Part shown: one piece after another, positions 45,705-54,014 of the stretch | Layout of the letters: every line of letters begins with the position of its first letter | How positions within the stretch are numbered: the first letter of the stretch is position 1 | Virus record (IMG/VR): IMGVR_UViG_3300005512_005684 | Coordinates: 103,003 to 167,002 of that record | Source: a virus | Lineage: Duplodnaviria > Heunggongvirae > Uroviricota > Caudoviricetes | Length of the DNA stretch: 64,000 bases | Reading direction: 5' to 3' (one strand) | The notes under the pieces: generated by a model | Seen by the model: only the letters and a program-made list of their open reading frames with translations | Databases searched by the model: none | Told to the model about the DNA's origin: nothing | Position numbers and translations under genes: made by a program

Positions 45705-46671
45705 ACAACGGGTTGCTCGAATTGCGTCGAGGTTGCTTCCACCGACGCGCGTGGCGAAGAAAGTCTATCTTTACCACGGTACTCATCCGCGGAATCTTCG
45801 ACGGGTACAGAGTCAAGGTCTTATTCCTGATCCGAAAGTAAGGGAGTGGGCAGACGATCCCTATGCCAGTTATCAGCAATTGAGCCGCACTTCGTTTCCA
45901 GGAATCTACTTGACTGCTAATCTCATGACGGCGCGTTCGTCGGCGGAACGAAGCAGTCCGAGGAAGGCCGTGATTGTAGTGGTACGTGTCGAGACTAGGA
46001 CGTTACTACCGGACGAAGACGAACTGACCTATTCGTTCATGCACGAAGCCTGGACGAAGTTGATGGGACAAGAGTATAGCATGAATGAGTGGAGTGGAGG
46101 TCAGGCGTATATCATGCTGAAACAGGGAAAAATGGACGAACGCATTGACGATGCGGTTGAACGCACGTTGACATTCTGGCTGCGTGAAATGGAAGAGGGG
46201 AAAACCAAGGAAGAGATTAAGGAAGCGGCTCGTGATTCAGTAGGTGAACTGGTTCGGGTGTTTCTGGAGCGTCAGATCGCGTACATCATGAAGTATGAGG
46301 AAGAGACCGAAGGTAGTTGGAAAAAGGTGACACTTGGCCTGGAAGAGGAAGGATTGGCCGACGATGTTCCAACGGCTAAGGACGCGGAAAGAGAGTTTCG
46401 ACGGGTGTTAGAACGGGTCATGCGCCATCTTAGCAAGCTAACAGATAACACGGAGCGGTTCAACTACACGTCTCGTGCGCCCGAGGCGATTAACTTCAAG
46501 GGTGCGAACAAGATTGTGGCGATTGTGAGCTATGACGATGACGAGCGAGAGACCCTTGATCATCCTCAGCCGGTGCACGTACATTATGTCAGTGACTCCG
46601 CGGCGTTGAAGATGCTCATGAAGGATTGGGAACAATCGGTTGGTAAACTGAAGCTGATCAAAGCGAGGTAG
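45685..46671 (+). CDS. PARP/diphtheria-toxin-like ADP-ribosyltransferase domain protein (paralog C)
   Basis: RVARIASRLLPPTRVAKKVYLYHGTHPRNLRRVQSQGLIPDPK; SFPGIYLTANLMTARSS; VVVRVETR; C-terminal INFKGANKIVAIVSYDDDE. Confidence 0.6.
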   Translation: MFTLGVEQRVARIASRLLPPTRVAKKVYLYHGTHPRNLRRVQSQGLIPDPKVREWADDPYASYQQLSRTSFPGIYLTANLMTARSSAERSSPRKAVIVVVRVETRTLLPDEDELTYSFMHEAWTKLMGQEYSMNEWSGGQAYIMLKQGKMDERIDDAVERTLTFWLREMEEGKTKEEIKEAARDSVGELVRVFLERQIAYIMKYEEETEGSWKKVTLGLEEEGLADDVPTAKDAEREFRRVLERVMRHLSKLTDNTERFNYTSRAPEAINFKGANKIVAIVSYDDDERETLDHPQPVHVHYVSDSAALKMLMKDWEQSVGKLKLIKAR

Positions 46672-46673
46672 CA

Positions 46674-47441
46674 ATGGCAAAGCGTGGTGACTTGGAGCAA
46701 TGGGAACGAGAGCTTGTGCGCTGGGCCGCCGGACGTGGTGATACGTCCGGTGCAATTTCCTTTGACGAGCGAAGTCCTACAGAGCAAAAACTGATCGAGG
46801 ACTACAACAAGAAAATGACTACCGATGAATGGGAAGGGAGCTATGAGGAAGAGGAAGACCCGCACTGGAAAACGGTCGAGACACATTCACCGTTGGCCGA
46901 AGAACTCGTACGTGATCTGAAACGTGAGGGAAAGAGTAAGGCGAGGATTCTGGAGATCGGAATTGGTAGTGGCGTGGACAGTATCTTTCTTGCGTCTTTC
47001 GGTCATGAGGTGGTCGGTATTGACGTGGCAGAATCACCGGTAGCGTGGGCGAAAAAGCAATCGAAGGGAAGAAAGAACGTGACCTTCGAGGTTGGGAAGG
47101 CGGAAGCCCTGAAGTATGATGACGAGTCTTTTGATGTGGTGTACTCCGTAGCTGCGATTCACTCGACGTTGCTGGACGAAGTGCTTGTGGAGATACACCG
47201 TGTTCTGCGTCCGAAAGGGAGTGCGAAGCTCTACCTGTACACGAAGACCCGAATGGGAAAGCAGTGGGTGAAGTACTGGAGTCCGACGCAGATCAAGTCG
47301 ATGGCTCAAAAGACAGGGTTTAGGGTGGAAAAATTCAGAGAGGGACACAATAAGGATGCTATCGAGATTCCGGGAGTGAAAGGGAAGGTTGAGCAAGAGT
47401 CTTACATGGCGATCACCACATTACGGAAGCCTGCGAGGTAG
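46674..47441 (+). CDS. class I SAM-dependent methyltransferase with class-1 leader (MAKRGDLEQWEREL)
   Basis: Motif I ILEIGIGSGVD; post-I VVGIDV; motif II/III FDVVYS. Confidence 0.5.
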   Translation: MAKRGDLEQWERELVRWAAGRGDTSGAISFDERSPTEQKLIEDYNKKMTTDEWEGSYEEEEDPHWKTVETHSPLAEELVRDLKREGKSKARILEIGIGSGVDSIFLASFGHEVVGIDVAESPVAWAKKQSKGRKNVTFEVGKAEALKYDDESFDVVYSVAAIHSTLLDEVLVEIHRVLRPKGSAKLYLYTKTRMGKQWVKYWSPTQIKSMAQKTGFRVEKFREGHNKDAIEIPGVKGKVEQESYMAITTLRKPAR

Positions 47442-47443
47442 CA

Positions 47444-47833
47444 ATGGCGGAGCGCTCGGAGCTTGAATCCTACGAAAAGAAACTGAAACGGCGAAAGCAA
47501 CGAAAGCTGCGTCGCGAGGTCAACGTGGTGTACTGCCGTCGGCCGTACACGATCAAGGATTTCCTTCCGACTGTTGAAGGGAAAGACGGGGACTTGTACC
47601 GGGTCTCCAAGGATGGACTGGCCAAGCTCGTGAAGTTCATGGACCCAGACGACGGCGACTTGTACCGGCGAATTGTTCCGTTTGTGTGGAACCGCAAGCG
47701 CGGAAAGTTCCTCAGTGGTGACCTGGACGATCAGGTGCACCTTATGGGAAAGACCTGGAGCAAGTCGATACGGAGTCTGAATCGGTTACAGAGAATGTTT
47801 TGTGCCAAAGCTGGAATCGACGTGGACTGGTAG
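47444..47833 (+). CDS. small basic protein with class-1-like leader (MAERSELESYEKKL)
   Basis: ORF 2 nt after upstream stop. Confidence 0.3.
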   Translation: MAERSELESYEKKLKRRKQRKLRREVNVVYCRRPYTIKDFLPTVEGKDGDLYRVSKDGLAKLVKFMDPDDGDLYRRIVPFVWNRKRGKFLSGDLDDQVHLMGKTWSKSIRSLNRLQRMFCAKAGIDVDW

Positions 47834-47842
47834 GAGAGTGTC

Positions 47843-48598
47843 ATGAAGATCGCAAAGAGAAAGTACACACATTGGCTTTCGTTTGATCCCATCTACCAGG
47901 ATAAGGTGAAGGTGGCAGTAGAGGCCGGTAGTGGTTTTGTGATCAAGCGTCTCTATTCTCACCCTACAGACATGACGTTGACGGTTATGGAGATTGAATC
48001 TGAAGTCCCATACAATGATCTTGATCTTGATGTGAACTCCATGAGTTCTCGGATCAAGCGTATGACGAGGAAGCCGAGTGGATTGTCTGGTGGTTTGTCG
48101 GTAGAGGGACATGAAAGGATTTACGGTCCTCTCGGAAGACCGAAGAGTTCGACTACACAGAGGGAAAGGGAAGCGGGAATGATGAAGCGTTGGCTGGAGG
48201 ACATAAGTGTTGAGCTTGGCCATGACGGTGAGATCAATGACGAGGTTCTTGCTGAAGGGAGACGCCGAGAAAAGATTGCATGTAGGGTGGCTGCGCGCAA
48301 GCTATCGGTGAGCGCTCTCAAAAAGGCGTTGTCTCAAGATCGTTGGACTCTTGATCGTAGAGACCAGTCGATAGAAAAGCGTACCGCAGAGTATGGTGAC
48401 GGTTCGTTGACGGTCGAGCATAGGAGACATACAGGGTTGAAGGAAGAGGTGTTCCGGGTGACCTACTATGTCGGAGACCCTAAGCAGAGGTGGAAGAGTA
48501 GGATGTTCAACGACATTAAGGAAGCGGTCAAGTTCGTGAACGAACAACTGCCAAAGTCTGAAGAGATATTCCAGAACGAGTTGAGTAGTCAAAACTAG
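47843..48598 (+). CDS. hypothetical protein
   Basis: ORF; RBS GGAGAGTGTC. Confidence 0.3.
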   Translation: MKIAKRKYTHWLSFDPIYQDKVKVAVEAGSGFVIKRLYSHPTDMTLTVMEIESEVPYNDLDLDVNSMSSRIKRMTRKPSGLSGGLSVEGHERIYGPLGRPKSSTTQREREAGMMKRWLEDISVELGHDGEINDEVLAEGRRREKIACRVAARKLSVSALKKALSQDRWTLDRRDQSIEKRTAEYGDGSLTVEHRRHTGLKEEVFRVTYYVGDPKQRWKSRMFNDIKEAVKFVNEQLPKSEEIFQNELSSQN

Positions 48599-48614
48599 AG
48601 AGGGAGGGTTAGTT

Positions 48615-48953
48615 ATGCCACTTCCGATTGCACACATGGTTTACGACGCGGTAGCTCCGGTTCCTACGGACGCAGCCGAAGTGCTTACGCGTCTGGATTG
48701 CGAAGAGTTCAGTTCCATTGCTATCTATGGTCAGTTCGTCCTCGGCGACCTGGACGACGTGACGGTGACCATTGAGTTCAGCTACGACGGGGATACGTGG
48801 TACACCGGGCAAGCGTGGACCTGGGACGCTACAGCGAACAACCGACAGACCATCGACATTGTGGACAAGTACGCCAGAATTTCGATTCTTGGTTCTGGAG
48901 TGGTGAATGATGATTCGTCTCTCATTATCGAACTGAATATGGCCCCGAGGTAG
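48615..48953 (+). CDS. hypothetical protein
   Basis: GAGGGAGGG RBS. Confidence 0.3.
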   Translation: MPLPIAHMVYDAVAPVPTDAAEVLTRLDCEEFSSIAIYGQFVLGDLDDVTVTIEFSYDGDTWYTGQAWTWDATANNRQTIDIVDKYARISILGSGVVNDDSSLIIELNMAPR

Positions 48954-48955
48954 TA

Positions 48956-49717
48956 ATGGCAGATCGTAGGGGATTGACGAGCTTTGAGAGGATGGTGATC
49001 GCCGAGCGGTCGGAGGCGCTTACCACTCTTGTTGGTGATCTGGACTTGTCTTCGTTTGAAGGCTTCACGGAGAGTCTTCGTGACTTGGAGTCTGAGGAAA
49101 GAGACCTTTTACAGGGAGAATATGATCGGGTTAGGGAAACCACGAAGGGAAGTGTGGGGGGTAAGATTGAGTTGTATCACGGGACAACCCGAGTCAAGTC
49201 GGAGAAAATACGAGCTTCTGGTTTCAAGCTCACGAAGGGTCAACGTAGTGGTTTTATGGGTGCTATGAAGGAAGTAGACAACCTTGGTATTTTCCTTTCA
49301 GACAGTAAGCGGTTGGCAAGGTATTATGGTTTCAACCGTGGGGAGTCTTTGGGAGACAACGATCTGATCGTGTGCTATGTGAGCAAGTCGAAGTTGCTGG
49401 ATGCAGACCGGTTGAAGGGGGACGTGAAGAAACTCGGCCTGCGACTCGTGAATGATTACGAAGGCACGCGAAAGACAAAGCTCGCTCAGATGGATTTGTG
49501 GTGGCTACTTGATCAACGTGAGTTTGTCGATTTCTTGAAGTCCAAGGGTTATGCGGGAGTGATCTTCGACGAGCTTCGTTCGATTCGTAAGGAAGCCGGG
49601 GATACGAGCGCTAAGACATACATGATCTTTGACCCGAAGCAGATCAAGATCAAGCACAAGGATGTTGTTGTTACAGTGAAAGACTTTTACGAGTATCTTC
49701 GACAAGGAACTGAGTAA
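48956..49717 (+). CDS. ART-like protein with class-1 leader (MADRRGLTSFER) and ELYHGTTRVKSEKIRASGF motif
   Basis: Leader plus internal IELYHGTTRVKSEKIRASGFKL (H-G-T, I, G spacing as in the family). Confidence 0.4.
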   Translation: MADRRGLTSFERMVIAERSEALTTLVGDLDLSSFEGFTESLRDLESEERDLLQGEYDRVRETTKGSVGGKIELYHGTTRVKSEKIRASGFKLTKGQRSGFMGAMKEVDNLGIFLSDSKRLARYYGFNRGESLGDNDLIVCYVSKSKLLDADRLKGDVKKLGLRLVNDYEGTRKTKLAQMDLWWLLDQREFVDFLKSKGYAGVIFDELRSIRKEAGDTSAKTYMIFDPKQIKIKHKDVVVTVKDFYEYLRQGTE

Positions 49718-50343
49718 TGGCGAACCCAAGTGAGCTTCAACGATTCGAGCGTGGCATGGTCGCGAACCGCGAGGTCAACCTTCCTTCGATTACGGAGTGG
49801 GTGGACAAGTACGAGACCGAAGACTATCCGTACGGTCGTCTCCGCACTCACGCGGAATGGGTGGTAGATGGACGTAAGGGAAAGATGCGCGTACTCCGTG
49901 TGACGGTGAATCCGAAGACAGGTCGGGAGAACAAGCCGAAGAAACTCACGTACGGTGCAGCGGCGAAGATTGGTCTGGGTAGTGACGGGCGGACGTACGT
50001 GTTCATTGGCGATCCTGGGCAGATCACGGTGTATGGTGGCAACTTCAAGTACCTGGGGTCACTCTTCACCGGACACGAAGATTACGAGAAAGTAGCGCGA
50101 GCAATGGGTATTCAGGCTGAACGTAAGGAAACGGAGGTCAAGCGTCACGAGAATGGTGCAACGATTGATGGCTTACAGGGACAGACGAGCACGATCCGGG
50201 AGATACTGGAGATTGCCGGGTTTGACACCTCGGATGTCACGGACATCGAGAGAGTGAGGCGTAAGGCGGAGGCCATGTACGATAGATTTACCGTAGAGTT
50301 CAAGTCCGACCGTCCTGACTTTGTGATCATGGTGAGGGTCTAA
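49717..50343 (+). CDS. hypothetical protein with class-1 leader (MANPSELQRFER)
   Basis: TAATG overlap; leader motif. Confidence 0.35.
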   Translation: MANPSELQRFERGMVANREVNLPSITEWVDKYETEDYPYGRLRTHAEWVVDGRKGKMRVLRVTVNPKTGRENKPKKLTYGAAAKIGLGSDGRTYVFIGDPGQITVYGGNFKYLGSLFTGHEDYEKVARAMGIQAERKETEVKRHENGATIDGLQGQTSTIREILEIAGFDTSDVTDIERVRRKAEAMYDRFTVEFKSDRPDFVIMVRV

Positions 50344-50344
50344 G

Positions 50345-51931
50345 GTGAACGTGAGAGTCGAACATGTTGCCATGATGCTACGGGTTGCCGCTATAGCGGA
50401 TCGTGTCCGTTTGGCGGTTCCGCGTTTTGACGATGGTAAGTGGAGTAAGATCGAGTCTCTTGCAAAGATTCTTTACGAGTTTGGATTGAAGGTCTTCGAT
50501 GATCCTCCGGGTGAGAGACCGTTTACTTCGGAGGACAAATACAAGTATCGAATGGGATTGCTCCAAGAAAACAGGGGGTTGTTGGGTGGTGTGTCGGTGG
50601 ATGTAAACCAAATGATCGAGGACCTGAACTGGATCGTTGAGTATGAGACGGCCTATGACGAGATCATGGATAATGTCCGAGAATTGCGAGCGGTTGCTGA
50701 GGATATTCAGACGACATACCACGAGATCGTTGATGGAGAGAACAGTCGTAAGCGACGACCATCTGATAAGATAATGCGGAAGGTTGTTCAGCGGGTTGCG
50801 ACGTTGGCTGGAAGCTGTGGAGAGTTTAGTCCGATAGTAGCGGAGTTGAAGAACAATGTGAAGTGGACTTACTACCAAACTGGACCGAGTGAGTTTTCGT
50901 ACGAGGGCTTTAAGGTTGTCAATCGGTATGGTGCCACGAGCGAGGAACTGAAGCCTTTGCGTAAGGCTATCTCGGAGGCCGCAAGATTGCTAAAGTCGGC
51001 GGGCTTTGGAGAGTTGATCTATGGTGTGTATGAGGTGAGGACGAATAGAGAGGGAAGACCGGATGCGACAGGTACTAGCAGTGCCGGTGGATACTACCAA
51101 CCGAATGGCGATTACTTCGTGGCGTATGTGCCGTCTAACCAGAACCGAGCAGACCTGGTGGTTCATGAACTAGGTCACCGATACTGGTTCAGGTTCATGG
51201 ATGCGAGTCAGAGGCAGTACTGGACAGGGAAGTTTCAGGAGCGTGGTGGGGCTTTGGACGACGAGGTTGTGCGCCGTGCAACGATGTTTACGCCGGGCGA
51301 GCGACGGGAAATGTGGAAGGTGATCCAGCCGTTACTTGCTCAAAACAAGTGCGCCCTGATCGATTCCAAGATTGAAAAGAAATTTGGTGCCGTAGGAAAC
51401 TTGAAACTGCACGATTATCTGAAGTTTCGTTTTTTGCCACGAGGGGGCAAGTTCCCTCTTACGGGTGTTATGTTGCGAGAGGCGTTTGCGGAGGTGACAG
51501 TCGGTGGGAGTTTACGTCAGGTCAAGTCTGGCTTAAAGGAATTGGGAATCGAACCTCCAGAGCATCTTGACGACGAGCGGTTGTTCGGGCCGAAGTGGGG
51601 TGACTATTTTCGTTATGTAGTGAGGATGCCAAAAGGTACTCAGTACCGTGGGGTGAGTGAAGACTTTGCCGGGTTTTTGTTTTCTATCCGTCCACGTACC
51701 CAGGATAGGAAGAGGTTTATTGGCGAAGTAGATCATGTTGTCAAGGGTTACAAAGTCGATGATATGGTCAGACTCTATCTGGAACATACAGGGGAGAAAC
51801 CGTCGTCAGTGTCGGAGTATGGTCAGAGCAACGAAATGGAAGACTGGGCGGAAACTTTCGAGCGGATCGTCATGAAGCAACGGGTTGACGAGGAAACGGA
51901 AGCTCGGTTCTGGAGGACGATCAAGAAATGA
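50345..51931 (+). CDS. 528-aa protein with class-2-like leader (MMLRVAAIADRVRLAV) and HExxH motif (putative zincin metallopeptidase)
   Basis: GTG start. ADLVVHELGHRYWF. Confidence 0.35.
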   Translation: MNVRVEHVAMMLRVAAIADRVRLAVPRFDDGKWSKIESLAKILYEFGLKVFDDPPGERPFTSEDKYKYRMGLLQENRGLLGGVSVDVNQMIEDLNWIVEYETAYDEIMDNVRELRAVAEDIQTTYHEIVDGENSRKRRPSDKIMRKVVQRVATLAGSCGEFSPIVAELKNNVKWTYYQTGPSEFSYEGFKVVNRYGATSEELKPLRKAISEAARLLKSAGFGELIYGVYEVRTNREGRPDATGTSSAGGYYQPNGDYFVAYVPSNQNRADLVVHELGHRYWFRFMDASQRQYWTGKFQERGGALDDEVVRRATMFTPGERREMWKVIQPLLAQNKCALIDSKIEKKFGAVGNLKLHDYLKFRFLPRGGKFPLTGVMLREAFAEVTVGGSLRQVKSGLKELGIEPPEHLDDERLFGPKWGDYFRYVVRMPKGTQYRGVSEDFAGFLFSIRPRTQDRKRFIGEVDHVVKGYKVDDMVRLYLEHTGEKPSSVSEYGQSNEMEDWAETFERIVMKQRVDEETEARFWRTIKK

Positions 51932-52476
51932 TTCACCCACGAATGCGACGAATCTTTCGTATTGCGAGCCGTGTCCGTCTGGCGAAGGTCAAGGTGTATC
52001 ACTTCACCGAAGAGACTTTTGACGAGTTCAAGTCGGGGAGTTTCTTCGCAGAGAGTCCAGCGTCCGAGGCTAGGCTCCGGGCGGGGCTTGGACATGGTGA
52101 CAGAGAGGGGGTCTTCATGGAGTTGACATTAGACCCTACGAAGACACTCGATCTCGTGAAGCAGTGGAAGGTGGCCCGGAAGCTCTTGAAGGGCAATCGA
52201 CTTTACCGTGGCTATGAACGGGTTGACTTGGAAAAACTTGAAGACCTGGGTTTCTCCGAGCCGCGGCGCTTTTGGGACAATGTGTTCGACCGGACGGATG
52301 CTTCGATGCAGGTAGTAAAGAACGCACAGAAAGCGCGATATGATGCACTTGTGTATGATACACCGAAGGATAGCGCCGGTCGGGTCTGGGTAGTGATCAA
52401 TCCTCGAATCGTGAGTGCCGAGCGACGTGAACTTAGTCGGAGGCCAAGTCGTTATGATGCTGAATTGTCCGATTGA
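51928..52476 (+). CDS. hypothetical protein, class-2 leader (RIFRIASRVRLA) followed by VKVYHFTEE ART-like motif
   Basis: ATGA overlap; MIHPRMRRIFRIASRVRLAKVKVYHFTEETFDEFKSGSF. Confidence 0.35.
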   Translation: MIHPRMRRIFRIASRVRLAKVKVYHFTEETFDEFKSGSFFAESPASEARLRAGLGHGDREGVFMELTLDPTKTLDLVKQWKVARKLLKGNRLYRGYERVDLEKLEDLGFSEPRRFWDNVFDRTDASMQVVKNAQKARYDALVYDTPKDSAGRVWVVINPRIVSAERRELSRRPSRYDAELSD

Positions 52477-52888
52477 CGGAACGAAGATGGACAAGATCGT
52501 CGCCGGTGACGTTGAGCTTGACCGTTGTCCTCAGTGCGAAGGGATATGGTGTGATCCTACCGAACTGGAGACCATCCGCGAACGTGGTGTTGTTGTTGAC
52601 GAACTGCCGTCTATCTCAGAGAAACAACGTCGGAATCCGCCCGGTGAAGTCAGGATGCGTTGTCCACGGTGCTACAAGGGAGGGAGAAACGAGGGGCGGT
52701 TGATGCGTCAGAACTGCATGTACGGACAACCGATTTTCATTGACCGGTGTTTGGATTGTCAGGGTGTCTGGTTAGATGCAGGTGAGCTTGCGGCCATTGT
52801 AGAGGTTCGTAAGACAGTGAAGCGTAAACTTGGAAATGAAGGGGGAGTGTTTTCGCTACTTAGTTTTGTTCGTGGTCTGATAGATTGA
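52454..52888 (+). CDS. tandem zinc-ribbon protein (zf-TFIIB-like CPxC...CxxCxGxWxDxxEL, two copies)
   Basis: GGAGG RBS. NCPIDGTKMDKI...VELDRCPQCEGIWCDPTELE and MRCPRCYKG...IFIDRCLDCQGVWLDAGELAAI. Confidence 0.4.
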   Translation: MMLNCPIDGTKMDKIVAGDVELDRCPQCEGIWCDPTELETIRERGVVVDELPSISEKQRRNPPGEVRMRCPRCYKGGRNEGRLMRQNCMYGQPIFIDRCLDCQGVWLDAGELAAIVEVRKTVKRKLGNEGGVFSLLSFVRGLID

Positions 52889-52889
52889 A

Positions 52890-53504
52890 ATGGAGATTCA
52901 GATGCACTTGAAAGCCGTACATGCCAAAGTCGAACAGATGGCTGTTCGTCACGTAGTTCCTGATGGTTCGGTGGAGTTAGCGTTGTCAGACTCGGACGTT
53001 GGCTTCAGTCTGCAAGAACATGAAACGTGGATCAATGAGGTGTTGAAGACGTTGAAGGTCGGTGGAGTGATCTGCTTCACCGGGCATCCGAAGTCTCAGT
53101 TGTTTGAGGCAGATACGCGCATCCGTGTGCGCGTCTTCCTGGCATATCGGAAAGGGAGAGAGGATGATTCAATAGCTCTTGGAGATTCCATTCCGTTCTA
53201 CAAGTACAATGAAGAGTGTCAGCCTGAAGGCTGGTTCTTGATTCGTGTTGAAGAGACCAAGGATCGTATGTGGTGGTTTCAGGCCATGAAAGAGATTGTT
53301 GTTCGACATTCGACAGAGGGAGGTCTGGTCTTGGATTTGTTCTCTGGACGTGGTACTGGAGCTTTTGCTGCGGCGTTGCAGGGTCGGTGCGCGGTTGCAG
53401 TCGAGAGTGACCTTCAACGAATCGAAGCTATTCGATACCGCTTCGAGCGGGCGAAGACAGAGCATGACGTGGTTTGCAACATCTACTATGGACATGAACT
53501 ATGA
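52890..53504 (+). CDS. putative beta-class (N6A/N4C-type) DNA methyltransferase-like protein, possibly degenerate
   Basis: LVLDLFSGRGTGAFAAALQGRCAVAVESD resembles the FxGSGTT SAM-binding motif of the N6_N4_Mtase family. The upstream DPPY-like segment (GDSIPFY) is imperfect. Confidence 0.35.
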   Translation: MEIQMHLKAVHAKVEQMAVRHVVPDGSVELALSDSDVGFSLQEHETWINEVLKTLKVGGVICFTGHPKSQLFEADTRIRVRVFLAYRKGREDDSIALGDSIPFYKYNEECQPEGWFLIRVEETKDRMWWFQAMKEIVVRHSTEGGLVLDLFSGRGTGAFAAALQGRCAVAVESDLQRIEAIRYRFERAKTEHDVVCNIYYGHEL

Positions 53505-53848
53505 TTGTCAGGGAATACGGGGGTCGGCAAGCGTCGTCAGGCCGGGTTATGAGAATTGCCTCCAGGGTCATGGAGTCTTACTACCGATCCGCCGGTGAAG
53601 TCGAGACAGATGTAGTGCAACGTATTCTGAAGACCTTTGCGGAACGGTTCACACCGGAGACAACGGTACAACTGGGACAGAACGAATACGAATACGGTTT
53701 CAAGACTGAGGCTGAAGCTAAGGCGTTTCTGGAGTATCTGAAGGAAAAGAAAAAGGGGAACAAAGCGGTGGTGAAGGGGTGTAAGTTGAAAGCTAAGGAC
53801 CCGACGTGTGTCATGGTGAAGTTGAAGGATGTCTTCATTGTGACCTAG
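53501..53848 (+). CDS. small protein with class-2 leader (RVMRIASRVMESYYRSAGE)
   Basis: ATGA overlap. Leader resembles that of gene 800 (RIAAIAGRVAAKSYYHGAS). Confidence 0.3.
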   Translation: MIVREYGGRQASSGRVMRIASRVMESYYRSAGEVETDVVQRILKTFAERFTPETTVQLGQNEYEYGFKTEAEAKAFLEYLKEKKKGNKAVVKGCKLKAKDPTCVMVKLKDVFIVT

Positions 53849-53878
53849 TAATTACTCCAATATAATTCGATAGCGCCT

Positions 53879-53920
53879 AGAAAGCCGTTTGGCCTGGCCA
53901 GACAGGCTTTTTTTGATTTT
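53879..53920 (+). terminator. rho-independent terminator
   Basis: AAAGCCGTTTGGCC-T-GGCCAGACAGGCTTT hairpin followed by TTTTTTTGATTTT. Confidence 0.55.
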
Positions 53921-54014
53921 GTGGGGTGCTAAGGGTGTAGATGAAGACTAATTGATTGCACACATTTCGAGGTCGGATAGGACGAATTCCAGGACGCAAC
54001 CAGGAGACGGAGCA

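Noticed and set aside
66-49760. Conserved gene 5' ends might reflect a nucleotide-level repeat (promoter, translation-initiation element or recombination scar) rather than a peptide motif
   Set aside because: The eight class-1 starts differ at most synonymous positions (e.g. GAACTGAAACACTTCGAGCGA, GAGCTACGTCATTTTGAGCGT, GAGCTTCGTGAATTTGAGCGG), so selection is on the amino-acid sequence.
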